Assembly: GCA_937907485.1 (NCBI GenBank)
Contig: CALESR010000270.1
Coordinates: 3,200-67,199, forward strand
Direction: 5' to 3'
Source: an uncultured Rhodobacteraceae bacterium
GTDB lineage: Bacteria; Pseudomonadota; Alphaproteobacteria; Rhodobacterales; Rhodobacteraceae
DNA length: 64,000 bases
The stretch's first letter is position 1, and each line of letters begins with the position of its first letter. This document shows positions 48,131 through 57,640 of the stretch, piece by piece. The translations under genes were made by a program, and so were the position numbers. A model generated the notes under the pieces. The model saw nothing but the letters and a program-made list of their open reading frames with translations, was not told the DNA's origin and did not search any database.

Positions 48131-48187
48131 AAGCTAGTCTGCGCTGGCGTTGATGCTGGTGGCACTCAAGTGGCCTCGAATTGAGGA

Positions 48188-48520
48188 CTACTCCAAGCGC
48201 ATTCCACACCGATCTCGGATGAGCGCGGCGAAAAGCTCAGTCGTTTCGTTTGGCCACTCATGGCCAGTGCGTTCGCTTGTCTGGTTCATGTTGAGAACGG
48301 CTTCAAGATCGGTAGAGGGTAGCCGTGACAGCGCTTCGTCTAGCATGGCCTCCAGCGCAAGCATGCGTCGCAGGTCTGGCATTCGCTCATTGGACGTTGC
48401 CTCTCTCGCGAAGCGTTCGACAATGAGGCAATCGGTTCGCTGCCATGTTTGAGCGAGTGCTGGCAAAGCCAAGCAGGCAAGTGAAGCGACGAAGGGAACG
48501 GCAAAGGTCAGTCTGCGCAA
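48188..48520 (-). CDS. Exported hypothetical protein (element cargo)
   Basis: TTG start and signal peptide RRLTFAVPFVASLACLALPALA|QT; two Cys. Confidence 0.55.
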   Translation of the reverse strand: MRRLTFAVPFVASLACLALPALAQTWQRTDCLIVERFAREATSNERMPDLRRMLALEAMLDEALSRLPSTDLEAVLNMNQTSERTGHEWPNETTELFAALIRDRCGMRLE

Positions 48521-48710
48521 AGTTGCCCCCTAATTCTGGCGTTGCGGCCTATGGCTGCACTCGCGTGCCCGCCCACGATGCCTCTGACTTGCTAACGCAA
48601 ACTCTCTAGTGGCGCCTAGACGCAACTTTCCCGCCAAGCGTTTTTCCAATGTGGGGTTCTTTGTGGGGTATTCTTACATAAATCTATAATTAGTCAACGA
48701 AATCAACGAT

Positions 48711-48728
48711 ATATGGCGGATGGGGTGG
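48711..48728. repeat. att core overlapping the tRNA-Ser 3' end
   Basis: Identical to 42011-42028. Confidence 0.93.
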
Positions 48729-48803
48729 GATTCGAACCCACGGTGGGGTTTCCCCCACGCTGGTTTTCAAGACCAGAGCCTTAAGCCACTCGGCCACCCA
48801 TCC
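48714..48803 (-). tRNA. tRNA-Ser(TGA), 90 nt with long variable arm
   Basis: GGATGGGTGGCCGAGTGGCTTAAGG...CTTGAAAA...GTGGGGGAAACCCCAC..GGGTTCGAATCCC...CCGCCA; anticodon TGA; encoded CCA. Confidence 0.98.
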
Positions 48804-48846
48804 GGCCCTGTGGTCATAGCCGCGCGCGCGAGGGGCTGCAAGGCGG

Positions 48847-50856
48847 TCAACCCGTGGCGATGCGCGGCCGACCCGAGGCTGTGGCGCGCAGGCGGATCTC
48901 GATGAGCAGGCGTTGGCCTTCGACCTCGGCGCCGACGTCCTCGCGGACCAGTTCGAGGCGTGGTGCGGTGACTCCGGCGGCGCGGGCGCGGGACTCGGCG
49001 CGCGTTGTGAGGTCGGCACGCAGGGCGGCAACTGCGGCTTCGGCCTCGATGAAGCGTTGGGGACCGGCCTCGAGATGGGCGACGAAAAGGCCTGGCGTCG
49101 GGCTGGTGACCTGACCTTCGGCGCGCATCGACACCTGGCCCACCACCGCGCCAACCGCATTGGCGACACCGGCGAAGTCGGGCACGACCACGTCGCAGCC
49201 CAGCCGTTCGCCGACCGCGCCATACCAGCACCCGGCCGAAGCCCCCAGCGCGATCACCGGCACTCCCAACCGAGCCTGCAACTGCACGAGCGCGGGCGCC
49301 CGGTCCAGCGCGGCCCGCGTCAATGGGTGACGGGCGAGGATTTCCGAGGGCAGCGGCCAATCGCGTCCGTCCTCGGCAAAGGCGGCCTCGAGCAAGCAGG
49401 TGACGCTTTGGCGCGTGACCTGATCGGCGATGCGGCGCGCCATGCCCTCGGCGTCGGCGGCCAGCCTTTCGCCATTGCCACCGCGCTGCCGGGCCAGCAA
49501 GGTCAGGCCCTTGTGCGCCGCTGCACCGTCCCAGCCCGACTGACGCCCCAGCACATGCGCCGCATCCGAGGGGGTCGGCCCTGCCAGCAGCACCAGCCCA
49601 CGCTGCACCAGCCTTGTCAACGCCGGGCCCTCGATGCGGGCCCGGATCAGCGCGCTCAGCCGCGCGGGACCGGCCAGCAGTCGCTCGGCCAACGCGGCCT
49701 CGCGCGGCTCCAGCCCCCCGGGCAGGGTGGTGAACAGCGGCAAGGCAAAGCGCCAGCCCTCATCAGGCGCGGGGTCACGCCCCAACGCCTCGTCTAGCGC
49801 GCGGTGCACAAGGTCCGGGTGTTGCACTGCCAGCAGCGCCAGCGGCATTACTCGGCGCGGACCCAGTTGCAGATCGCCCTCCAATCCACCCAGCACCTGC
49901 ACCTCGCTGTCGCCTCCCAGACCCGAGGTGCGCATCGCCACCGCCTCGACCATCGTGCGCCATCCGCCAACCCGGGCCCCCTCGGGGTCGATGGCGGGTT
50001 TGCCGCCGCGCAGCAGGCAGACGTCGGTGGTGGTGCCGCCAATGTCCGACACCAGTGCATCCTGCAACCCGGTCAGCCAGGCGGCCCCGGCGATCGAGGC
50101 GGCGGGGCCGGACAGGATCGTTTCGATCGGCCGCTCGCGCACCAGGGCGGCGGAAACCAGCGCGCCGTCGCCTCGTACCACCATGAGCGGCGCTGATATC
50201 CCCAGAACCCGCATATGGCCCTCGCACGAGGTCACCAGCCGGTCGATCATTGACACCAGACGAGCGTTCAGCAACGCGGTCAACGCGCGTTTCGGCCCGT
50301 TCAACGCCGCCGACAGCTCATGCGAGCAGGTCACTGGCAGGCCGGTGCGCGCGCGGATCAGCGCGCGGGCGGCGATTTCATGGGCGGGGTTGCGGGTGGC
50401 GAATTGCCCGGCGACCGCGATGGCGGCGATGCCTTGGGGCAGGGCGGCGATCCCGGCCTCGAGCGCTGCAAGGTCAAGCGGCATCGCCTCGGTTCCGGCA
50501 TGGCCATGGCCACCGGCAACGTCGATCAAGGGGTCGCTGCCCAGCGCCTCGGCGAGGCCCGCCCGGCTGCGCTCACCCCGATCAAAGCCGATCAACACCA
50601 GCGCTGCGCGGGTGCCCTGACCCTCGACCAGCGCGTTGGTGGCCAACGTCGTCGACAATGAGACCAGCGCCACATCGCCCGGCGCCACCCAAGGCGCGCG
50701 CGCCAGCACCGCGTCGATTGCGCCGCCGATCCCCACGGACAAATCCGGGCGCGAAGTCAGCGCCTTGGCTTGGGCCAGCACCTTTTGCGACGCATCGTCC
50801 AGCAAGACCGCGTCGGTAAATGTTCCGCCGGTGTCGATGCCCAGAAAAATCGCCAT
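48847..50856 (-). CDS. Hydantoinase/oxoprolinase N-terminal family protein
   Basis: GIDTGGTFTDA, STTLATNALVEG, LMVVRGDG, ETILSGPAAS, DIGGTTTD, GLGGDS, ANAVGA. Confidence 0.92.
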   Translation of the reverse strand: MAIFLGIDTGGTFTDAVLLDDASQKVLAQAKALTSRPDLSVGIGGAIDAVLARAPWVAPGDVALVSLSTTLATNALVEGQGTRAALVLIGFDRGERSRAGLAEALGSDPLIDVAGGHGHAGTEAMPLDLAALEAGIAALPQGIAAIAVAGQFATRNPAHEIAARALIRARTGLPVTCSHELSAALNGPKRALTALLNARLVSMIDRLVTSCEGHMRVLGISAPLMVVRGDGALVSAALVRERPIETILSGPAASIAGAAWLTGLQDALVSDIGGTTTDVCLLRGGKPAIDPEGARVGGWRTMVEAVAMRTSGLGGDSEVQVLGGLEGDLQLGPRRVMPLALLAVQHPDLVHRALDEALGRDPAPDEGWRFALPLFTTLPGGLEPREAALAERLLAGPARLSALIRARIEGPALTRLVQRGLVLLAGPTPSDAAHVLGRQSGWDGAAAHKGLTLLARQRGGNGERLAADAEGMARRIADQVTRQSVTCLLEAAFAEDGRDWPLPSEILARHPLTRAALDRAPALVQLQARLGVPVIALGASAGCWYGAVGERLGCDVVVPDFAGVANAVGAVVGQVSMRAEGQVTSPTPGLFVAHLEAGPQRFIEAEAAVAALRADLTTRAESRARAAGVTAPRLELVREDVGAEVEGQRLLIEIRLRATASGRPRIATG

Positions 50857-51121
50857 GCTTGCCCCCTGTTTCGCCCGGCAGAGCTAGGCCGTGGCCGGGA
50901 TAAAGGAAAGGGGGGAAGGCCGGATTGTCGGCAGGCGACGAGCGGATACAACCGCTGATATGACGCGGGTCACAAGAGCTGCCTCGGGCCGCTGCGCGAG
51001 GTACCGCTTTGCCGGGCGGTCAAGCGCCGAGGCGCGAACCATTTGGGCCGGACATCGCCGAATTCTCTGGCCAATCGCGATGGGGCCGCCCTTCAGCGCC
51101 TGTGCTCACTGGACTTTGGCG

Positions 51122-54100
51122 TCAGCCCGTCTCCGGTTTGCCGCACCGGGCGGCGATAACGCGCAATGCGCCTAACAAGGCCTCCTTGCGAAAGGGTTTG
51201 GCGACATGGCCGTCAAAACCCGCAGCCGTATAGGTTTCCACCTGATGCTGCATCGCGTTCGCGGTCACCGCCAGTGCCGGTGTCCGCGGCGCTCCGGCGG
51301 CCAACTCGGCTGTGCGAATCCGGGTCAGGGCCTCGAGCCCGTCGAGGCCTGGCATCGAGATGTCGAGCAGCAAACCGTCAAATCCGCCGGGTGTGAAGAG
51401 GTCACAGGCGGCGTGCCCGTCTTCGGCCAGCGTGACAAGGGCGCCAACGCTGCTCAGCATCGTTTGCAGGATGCGCCGGTTGGTCAGGTTGTCGTCAGCC
51501 ACCAAGAGCCGCAACCCGGCGATCCGGTCCGATGTGATACCCTCGACCACCTGCGATGGCGGCGCCTCCTTGCCTCCGACCGGTGGCGCGGGCAACTGCA
51601 GGATAACGCGGGTTCCTTGACCTTCGAGGCTTTCGATCGAGATCGTGCCGCCCATCAGCGAGACCAGCTTGCGGGTGATCGATAGGCCAAGACCGGTGCC
51701 GCCAAAGCGCCGGGCCGTTGAACTTTCGGCCTGTTCGAATTCGTCAAAGACGCGGGCCAGTTGCTCGGGGCTCATGCCGATGCCAGTGTCGGCGATCTCG
51801 ATACGCAACAGGCTGTCGCCGGGTTCGGCGGCCAGCGTCATCGTCACCGATCCGCTTGCCGTGAACTTGATGGCATTGCCGACCAGGTTGGTCAGGATCT
51901 GCAATAAGCGGTTGGCGTCGCCGCGTCGCGGCAGTTCGAGAGCGGGCGGGATCGGCACGGTGAGGGTCAGGCCCGCTGCCGTGGCGCGAGGCTGGAACAG
52001 CGCCCTGACCCTGCGGAGAACCTCGGCTGGCACGAAAGGCTGTGACTCGACGATCATCTTTCCGGCCTCGATCTTGGCCAGGTCGAGAATGTCGTTGAGG
52101 ATGGTCAGCAACCCTTCGCCTGAGACGCGGATCGTGTCGATCATGTCGCGCTGGCGCGGTGAGACTGGGGTTTCTCCCAGCAATTCGGCCATGCCCAGAA
52201 CCCCTGTGAGCGGTGTACGCAGTTCGTGGCTCATATTGGCGAGGAAACGCGATTTTGCTTCGCTGGCGGCCTCGGCGCGTTCGGTCGCGGCGATCAGCGC
52301 GCTGACATTCGACCCGGTTCCGCGATAGCCGCAAAAGGTGCCGGCGTCATCAAAGAAGGGGGCGCCGCTGACGCGCAGCCAGACTGGTGACCGCTGGTCG
52401 GTGGGCGGCAGTTTCAGCAGCAGGCCCGTCAGGGTCGCGCGGTTTTCAACCAGCACGCCCAGTGCCCGCCAATCGATCCCGAGACCGGCGATGCCGGAGG
52501 CGGGATCCAGCCGGTCCAGCCGTTGACCGATCAGCGGGGCAACGGCGATGCCGGTCGTGCGTTCGAACCCTGAGGTCAAGTGGCGCAGCAGGTTGCCGGG
52601 CGAGACCTCCCAGAACCACTCGTCGCTGACCGCGGCGATATCGGCATAGCGTTGCTCGGACGCGCGCTGCGCGGAGAGAGCCTCTTCGAGCGCCTGTTTC
52701 GCCGCCTCCAGGGCGAATTCGCGTTCCTTGCGTTCGGTGATGTCGATGTGCAGGCCACTTTCCTCGGCAGCGACGCCGGGGGCGGCCCAACGCTGGACGC
52801 GCGACTGCGACATGATCCAGATGTAGTGGCCGTCGCGATGGCGCATGCGAAACTCGTTCGCGATGACGTCGCGGTCGGTGCCGAACAATTCCGAGACGCC
52901 GTTGCGCAGGGCGTCGATATCGTCCGGATGGACCAACGCGTCGAATTTTTCATGCGTCCACGGGTGCAGTTCGGCCAGCCGGTAGCCCAGCATCGCGGCA
53001 TATTGCTCGTCGATGACGACCTTGCCCAATACTGAATCCAGTTGCCAGGTGCCGACCGAGGACGCCTCGAGGATGGCGCGCATCCGGCCTTCGGTCTCGC
53101 GCCGGTCGGTGACGTCGATGCCGATGCCGCTGATCGTCAGCGGGGTGCCGGCCGCATCCGTCGCGCTGACCTTGCCCCGTGCGAGGATATGCACCCAGTG
53201 TCCCAGCGCGTGGCGCAGGCGGAATTCGACCTCTATGCTGGCCTTGGTGCCGTGACGCAAAGCCCGCATCTGGATCACCAGTGCAAGATGGTCGGCCGGG
53301 TGAATCAGGTCCTCCCACATCTCGCGCGTGAGGTTGCCGCCGTCGTCCGAAGGCAGGCCCAGCATGTCAAGCCAGGCACCGTTGTAAACCGTGGTGCCGC
53401 TCTGGCTGTCGAATTCCCAGATTCCCAGCCGAGCCGCCGCGATGACGTCGTTCAGCCGCGCCTCGGCCGAGCGGATTTCGGTGATGTCGATGCGCAGTCC
53501 AACATGGCCCCCTTCGGGGGTCTTGCTGGTCAACGAACGGATCACCCGGCCGTCGGCAAGGCGCAATTCGGTGCTGTGAACCGTCTGGCGGTGCTGGGCG
53601 AGGCGGTCGGCCAGCCAAGCCTCTTCCTGGCCGATGGCGTCGAGGAATTGCCCGCGGTTGAGTTGGCTGCGCAGGATTTCCTCGAACCGCACTCCGGGCA
53701 CGATAAGATCGCTCGAAGCCGGGAAATAGGCGCGGTAATGCTCGTTGCAGAGCACCAGACGGTCTTCGGCATCGAAGTAGACAAAGCCGTCGGGCAGCGC
53801 CTCGATGGCGGCATAGAGCCGGGCATGGGCGCGTTCGGCAGCGCGCGCCATGTCTTCAAGCGCGGCCTCATGACGCTTGAGCGCGGTGATGTCGGATTCA
53901 AGGATGGTGAAGCCGCCTGGCCCGTTGTCGGTCGTTGACATCGGCTGGATGCTGACATCGACCCAGATCTGCTGCCCGTGGCGGTCTGTCTTGGCAACGT
54001 CTATGCGCAGGGGGCGGCGTTCGGCAAAGGCGCTGCCAATGGCAGTCAGAACCTCGGGCGCAATGCCGGGATCGTGCAATTCCCAGATGGGGCGGCCGCG

Positions 54101-55126
54101 CAGCGCCTCGAGCGGTTGGCCGGCGTTGTCTTCGACCACCTTGTTCGCCCAGACAACGCGGCAGTCGGCGTCGAGCACCAACGCCTGACTGGTCATGCCA
54201 CGCGTGACCGCGTCCAACATGGCAATTTCGGCGGCGCGCTGATGATCCTCGGTTATGTCGCGGATGCGAAAGACAAAACCGGTGCAGCCCTGCCGACCCA
54301 TGCGGCGCGCAATTGTGGTTTGATACCAGGTGTCGCCGCGTTCATGGGCGATCTTGTAGGGCTGCAGTTCAACGGTGCCCTCCCGCAGCGCCTGCGCCAT
54401 TCCTTCGCGTTGCAGGCGGGCGATATCGGCTGGGAGCGTGTCTTCGAGCGTGCCGCCGAGGATCTGGTCGGTTGGCCCGGCGAGCAGATGCGGTGCCGAG
54501 CAATGCAGGTCGATGCAGCGCCCCTCGAGGTCAATTTCCAGCACCAGTTCTGGCATCGCAGACAGCGTGGCGCGCAGCCGTTCCTCGACGTCGCTGGCGC
54601 CGGAATGGTCGCCCAGAAGCGGAGCGATCGCCCCGGCCAATCCGTCGATCAGGTGGCGCAATATGCCAAGGATGCGCGGCGTGTGCCGGGGATGGCCGTG
54701 CGCCGCGGCAAAGCCCAGCACACCAATGCGCTGGCCCTCACGCCCAAGAGGCAGGGCGAATCCGCCGTTCATGCCGAGGGACTCGAGCATTTCGCGAGTC
54801 ACAGGGCATGGGCCTGCGGCGTCGAACACCAGCGGGTCGGTGCCGGGATTGGCCGCAGCCAGCCGTGCCAGCACCGCAGGCGCGCGGGGCGCCAGCCCGA
54901 CGCGGCACCACTGGCGGTGCAACCGGTCATGCGTTTCGCTGTTCACCAAAAGCCAGGCGCAATCGGCTTCGAGGATCAGACCCAGACGTTCGAGCAGTTG
55001 ATCGACCAGCGCACCCAGTCGATGCGCCGGGGTCTGCGGCAGCCGTGCAAGGCCGCCGAGAACGACCTCGGTCACCGCCTCGGCGGTGTGATGGGGGCTG
55101 GGTTCGTGACGGCTGCCGTCGTCCAT
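51122..55126 (-). CDS. Cytoplasmic multi-PAS hybrid histidine kinase with C-terminal receiver
   Basis: Several PAS/PAC units (HPADH, HPDD), H-box FLANMSHELRTPL, N-box NLVGNAIKFT, DTGIGM, GTGLGL, REC LVADDN/LLDISMPGLDG/KP; no clear TM. Confidence 0.95.
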   Translation of the reverse strand: MDDGSRHEPSPHHTAEAVTEVVLGGLARLPQTPAHRLGALVDQLLERLGLILEADCAWLLVNSETHDRLHRQWCRVGLAPRAPAVLARLAAANPGTDPLVFDAAGPCPVTREMLESLGMNGGFALPLGREGQRIGVLGFAAAHGHPRHTPRILGILRHLIDGLAGAIAPLLGDHSGASDVEERLRATLSAMPELVLEIDLEGRCIDLHCSAPHLLAGPTDQILGGTLEDTLPADIARLQREGMAQALREGTVELQPYKIAHERGDTWYQTTIARRMGRQGCTGFVFRIRDITEDHQRAAEIAMLDAVTRGMTSQALVLDADCRVVWANKVVEDNAGQPLEALRGRPIWELHDPGIAPEVLTAIGSAFAERRPLRIDVAKTDRHGQQIWVDVSIQPMSTTDNGPGGFTILESDITALKRHEAALEDMARAAERAHARLYAAIEALPDGFVYFDAEDRLVLCNEHYRAYFPASSDLIVPGVRFEEILRSQLNRGQFLDAIGQEEAWLADRLAQHRQTVHSTELRLADGRVIRSLTSKTPEGGHVGLRIDITEIRSAEARLNDVIAAARLGIWEFDSQSGTTVYNGAWLDMLGLPSDDGGNLTREMWEDLIHPADHLALVIQMRALRHGTKASIEVEFRLRHALGHWVHILARGKVSATDAAGTPLTISGIGIDVTDRRETEGRMRAILEASSVGTWQLDSVLGKVVIDEQYAAMLGYRLAELHPWTHEKFDALVHPDDIDALRNGVSELFGTDRDVIANEFRMRHRDGHYIWIMSQSRVQRWAAPGVAAEESGLHIDITERKEREFALEAAKQALEEALSAQRASEQRYADIAAVSDEWFWEVSPGNLLRHLTSGFERTTGIAVAPLIGQRLDRLDPASGIAGLGIDWRALGVLVENRATLTGLLLKLPPTDQRSPVWLRVSGAPFFDDAGTFCGYRGTGSNVSALIAATERAEAASEAKSRFLANMSHELRTPLTGVLGMAELLGETPVSPRQRDMIDTIRVSGEGLLTILNDILDLAKIEAGKMIVESQPFVPAEVLRRVRALFQPRATAAGLTLTVPIPPALELPRRGDANRLLQILTNLVGNAIKFTASGSVTMTLAAEPGDSLLRIEIADTGIGMSPEQLARVFDEFEQAESSTARRFGGTGLGLSITRKLVSLMGGTISIESLEGQGTRVILQLPAPPVGGKEAPPSQVVEGITSDRIAGLRLLVADDNLTNRRILQTMLSSVGALVTLAEDGHAACDLFTPGGFDGLLLDISMPGLDGLEALTRIRTAELAAGAPRTPALAVTANAMQHQVETYTAAGFDGHVAKPFRKEALLGALRVIAARCGKPETG

Positions 55127-55187
55127 CCGGGGGCTTTCGCAGAATGCGTCAGGGTCGAGCATAGCAGTCAGCGCAACCGCAAACAGC

Positions 55188-55203
55188 TTGAAAAACGGTT
55201 AAC
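55188..55203 (+). promoter_or_regulatory. CtrA-like box between the hybrid kinase and DUF1989 genes
   Basis: TTGA-AAAACGG-TTAAC, one mismatch to TTAA-N7-TTAAC, about 60 bp upstream of the kinase ATG. Confidence 0.42.
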
Positions 55204-55277
55204 AGTCGCTCAAAGACACCCACTTGTCGGTCGATTGCTGCCGGGCCATGCTGGGGCACCCTGGTTTCGAGGTTCCG

Positions 55278-56141
55278 ATGCCGCATTCTGCCAACACCCC
55301 AACCGATGCCCCTGTCGACGCCCGGGCTCGTCGCGCGATTGCACCGGTGATCTGCTATCCGGTCGGCTCGCTGCCGCAGCCTGACATGGCGCGGATCAGC
55401 GCCGCCCGCGCGCGGACCCGACCGGGTGCGCGCACCCTCGTCCCGCCGCGTGAAGGCGCGGCCTTCCGCGTGTCTGCCGGGTCGTTCTTTCGCATCACCT
55501 GCCCGGAGGGTGCTCAAGTCGGCGATCTCAATCTTTTCAATGCGGCCAATCCGGACGAGCGCTTCTTTTCCGGCAAGACCCGCGCACTGCATGGCACACA
55601 TCTGAAGGTTGGCCAGCGGATGTGGTCAGGGTTTCCCTATCTGCGGCCGATGGCGACGATGGTCGCCGACACGCTGGCCTGGTATGGCACCGATCCCCAC
55701 GGCGGCCGGGTCCATGACGTGATCGGCACGCGTTGCGATCCCTATACGCATTGGCTGCTGTCGGGCGGTCAGATGTATCACCATTGCTGCCACTCCAACC
55801 TGACCCGTGCTTTGGCCGCGGAAGGGGTCGAGGGTGCCGAGAGGCTGGTGCATGACGTGCTCAATGTCTTCATGTGCACCGGCTTCACTGCCGATACCGG
55901 GCAGTATTTCATGAAGGCCAGTCCGGTGCGCTCCGGGGATTATCTGGAGTTTTTCGCCGAGATCGACCTGTTGGGCGTGCTGTCAGCCTGTCCGGGGGGC
56001 GATTGCGGGTCCGAGCATTCCTCGGACGCGGCGCCGTGCCACCCATTGTTGGTCGAGGTGTTCGAAACCGATACGGCCGCGCTGGAAGGCTGGTGGCAAG
56101 CGCCGACTGTGAACGGGTATGACCGCAGCCACGGGGCCTGA
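55278..56141 (+). CDS. DUF1989 / urea-carboxylase-associated family protein
   Basis: GAQVGDLNLFN, SGKTRALHG, HDVIGTRCDPY, CCHSNL, HDVLNVFMCTG, LSACPGGDC. Confidence 0.88.
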   Translation: MPHSANTPTDAPVDARARRAIAPVICYPVGSLPQPDMARISAARARTRPGARTLVPPREGAAFRVSAGSFFRITCPEGAQVGDLNLFNAANPDERFFSGKTRALHGTHLKVGQRMWSGFPYLRPMATMVADTLAWYGTDPHGGRVHDVIGTRCDPYTHWLLSGGQMYHHCCHSNLTRALAAEGVEGAERLVHDVLNVFMCTGFTADTGQYFMKASPVRSGDYLEFFAEIDLLGVLSACPGGDCGSEHSSDAAPCHPLLVEVFETDTAALEGWWQAPTVNGYDRSHGA

Positions 56142-56254
56142 TCGCCTGGGGCCTGAGGCCGCAAGCCGTGTGTTTCGGCATGACAAAGGGGTGCGGGGGA
56201 CTTGGCTTTCCCGATGGGTCGGAATATGATCAAATTATGTGACCAGGAGCCCCC

Positions 56255-57640
56255 ATGCCCGTTGATGCCCCCGAACCCGATCACCGGATTGCAGGCGTAA
56301 GCGCCGCGCGACTGGCGGCGTTTTCCACCCGCGAGGCGGCGCGTTTCACGCAGACAAGGGTCAAGACCCGCGCCTTGCTGGATCAGGGCGAGGCCGCTTG
56401 GCTGTCGGGCGTGCCAATGCACTGGATGCGCGACTGGCCCTCACCTTGGCCTCTGGTGATGGCTTCGGCGCGCGGTGCGCGACTGACGGATGCCGATGGC
56501 TATGAGATCGACGATTTCTGTCTGGGCGATACCGGTTCGATGTTCGGCCATTCGCCGGCCCCGGTGGCGCGTGCAATCAAGGCGCAGGCCGGGCGCGGAC
56601 TGACGGGCATGTTGCCCTCGAAAGCAGCGCTGCGGGTCGGGCCCTTGCTGCGGGCGACCTTTGGGCCGCTGGTCTGGCAGGTCGCCACCACCGCAACCGA
56701 CGCCAACCGCTTTGCCCTACGGGTAGCGCGGGCGGTGACCGGGCGGCCGAAGGTGTTGGTGTTCAACGGCTGCTACCACGGCACGGTCGATGAGACGATG
56801 GTGACGCTGGAAGGTGGGCGAACGGTCAACCGGCCCGGCCTGTTGGGGCAATTCGCCGACCTGAGCCTTGGCGCGGTCTGTGTCGAGTTCAACGATCTGG
56901 CCGGGGTTGAGGCGGCTTTGGCGCAAGGCGATGTCGCCGCCGTGCTGACCGAGCCGGTGATGACCAATTCCTGCATGGTCCTGCCCGATCCGGGGTTTCA
57001 CGCGGGGCTGCGCAGCCTGACCCGGGCACATGGTGCGCTGCTCATCATCGATGAGACGCATACGATTTCGTCAGGGCTGGGTGGCTATACGCGGGTGCAT
57101 GGTCTGGACCCCGACATGTTCGTTGTCGGCAAATGTGTCGCGGGCGGGGTGGCGACAGCGCTCTGGGGGATGACCGAGGCGGTTGCCGAGCGGTATACCG
57201 TGGTCAATGCCGGGCGCGCCTCGGGGCATTCGGGGATGGGGACGACGCTGTCGGCCAATCCTCTGCAGTTTGCCGCGCTCGAGGCGACCTTGGCCGAAGT
57301 GATGACGCCCGGCCATTACGCCCACATGGAACGGGGCGCCGCGCGGTTGGAGGCCGGTCTTGCACAGGTGATCGCCGCTCATGGCCTGCCGTGGCATGTG
57401 GTGCGCGTGGGTGCGCGGGTCGAATTCATCTGTGCGCCGGGGCCCTTGAAAAACGGCGCCGAAGCGGCGCGGGCGCATCAGCCGCAGGTCGAGGCGGCGC
57501 TGCATCTGGGACTGCTCAATCGCGGCTGCCTGATCGCGCCTTTTCACAATATGATTCTGGTCAGCCCAAAGACGCGAAAGCGCCAGATCGACCGGCTGAT
57601 CGCGGCCTTTGACGAAATCCTCACCGAGTTGATGCGATGA
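56255..57640 (+). CDS. Class III aminotransferase (GSA-aminomutase-like)
   Basis: DDFCLGDTGSMFGH, TTATDANRF, GCYHG, TEPVMTN, IDETHT, PLP-Lys VGKCVAGG, GTTLSAN. Confidence 0.9.
   Translation: MPVDAPEPDHRIAGVSAARLAAFSTREAARFTQTRVKTRALLDQGEAAWLSGVPMHWMRDWPSPWPLVMASARGARLTDADGYEIDDFCLGDTGSMFGHSPAPVARAIKAQAGRGLTGMLPSKAALRVGPLLRATFGPLVWQVATTATDANRFALRVARAVTGRPKVLVFNGCYHGTVDETMVTLEGGRTVNRPGLLGQFADLSLGAVCVEFNDLAGVEAALAQGDVAAVLTEPVMTNSCMVLPDPGFHAGLRSLTRAHGALLIIDETHTISSGLGGYTRVHGLDPDMFVVGKCVAGGVATALWGMTEAVAERYTVVNAGRASGHSGMGTTLSANPLQFAALEATLAEVMTPGHYAHMERGAARLEAGLAQVIAAHGLPWHVVRVGARVEFICAPGPLKNGAEAARAHQPQVEAALHLGLLNRGCLIAPFHNMILVSPKTRKRQIDRLIAAFDEILTELMR

Larger units (their letters stand above)
42011..48728. 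mobile_element. Integrative, satellite-like element (~6.7 kb) inserted at the 3' end of tRNA-Ser
   Basis: Exact 18-bp direct repeat ATATGGCGGATGGGGTGG at 42011-42028 and 48711-48728 (tRNA 3' end); integrase, AlpA and Prim-Pol inside. Confidence 0.92.

Noticed and set aside
55127-55277. Guanidine riboswitch upstream of DUF1989
   Set aside because: I could not identify ykkC, mini-ykkC (ACGR hairpins) or ykkC-III consensus features in this short intergenic region.
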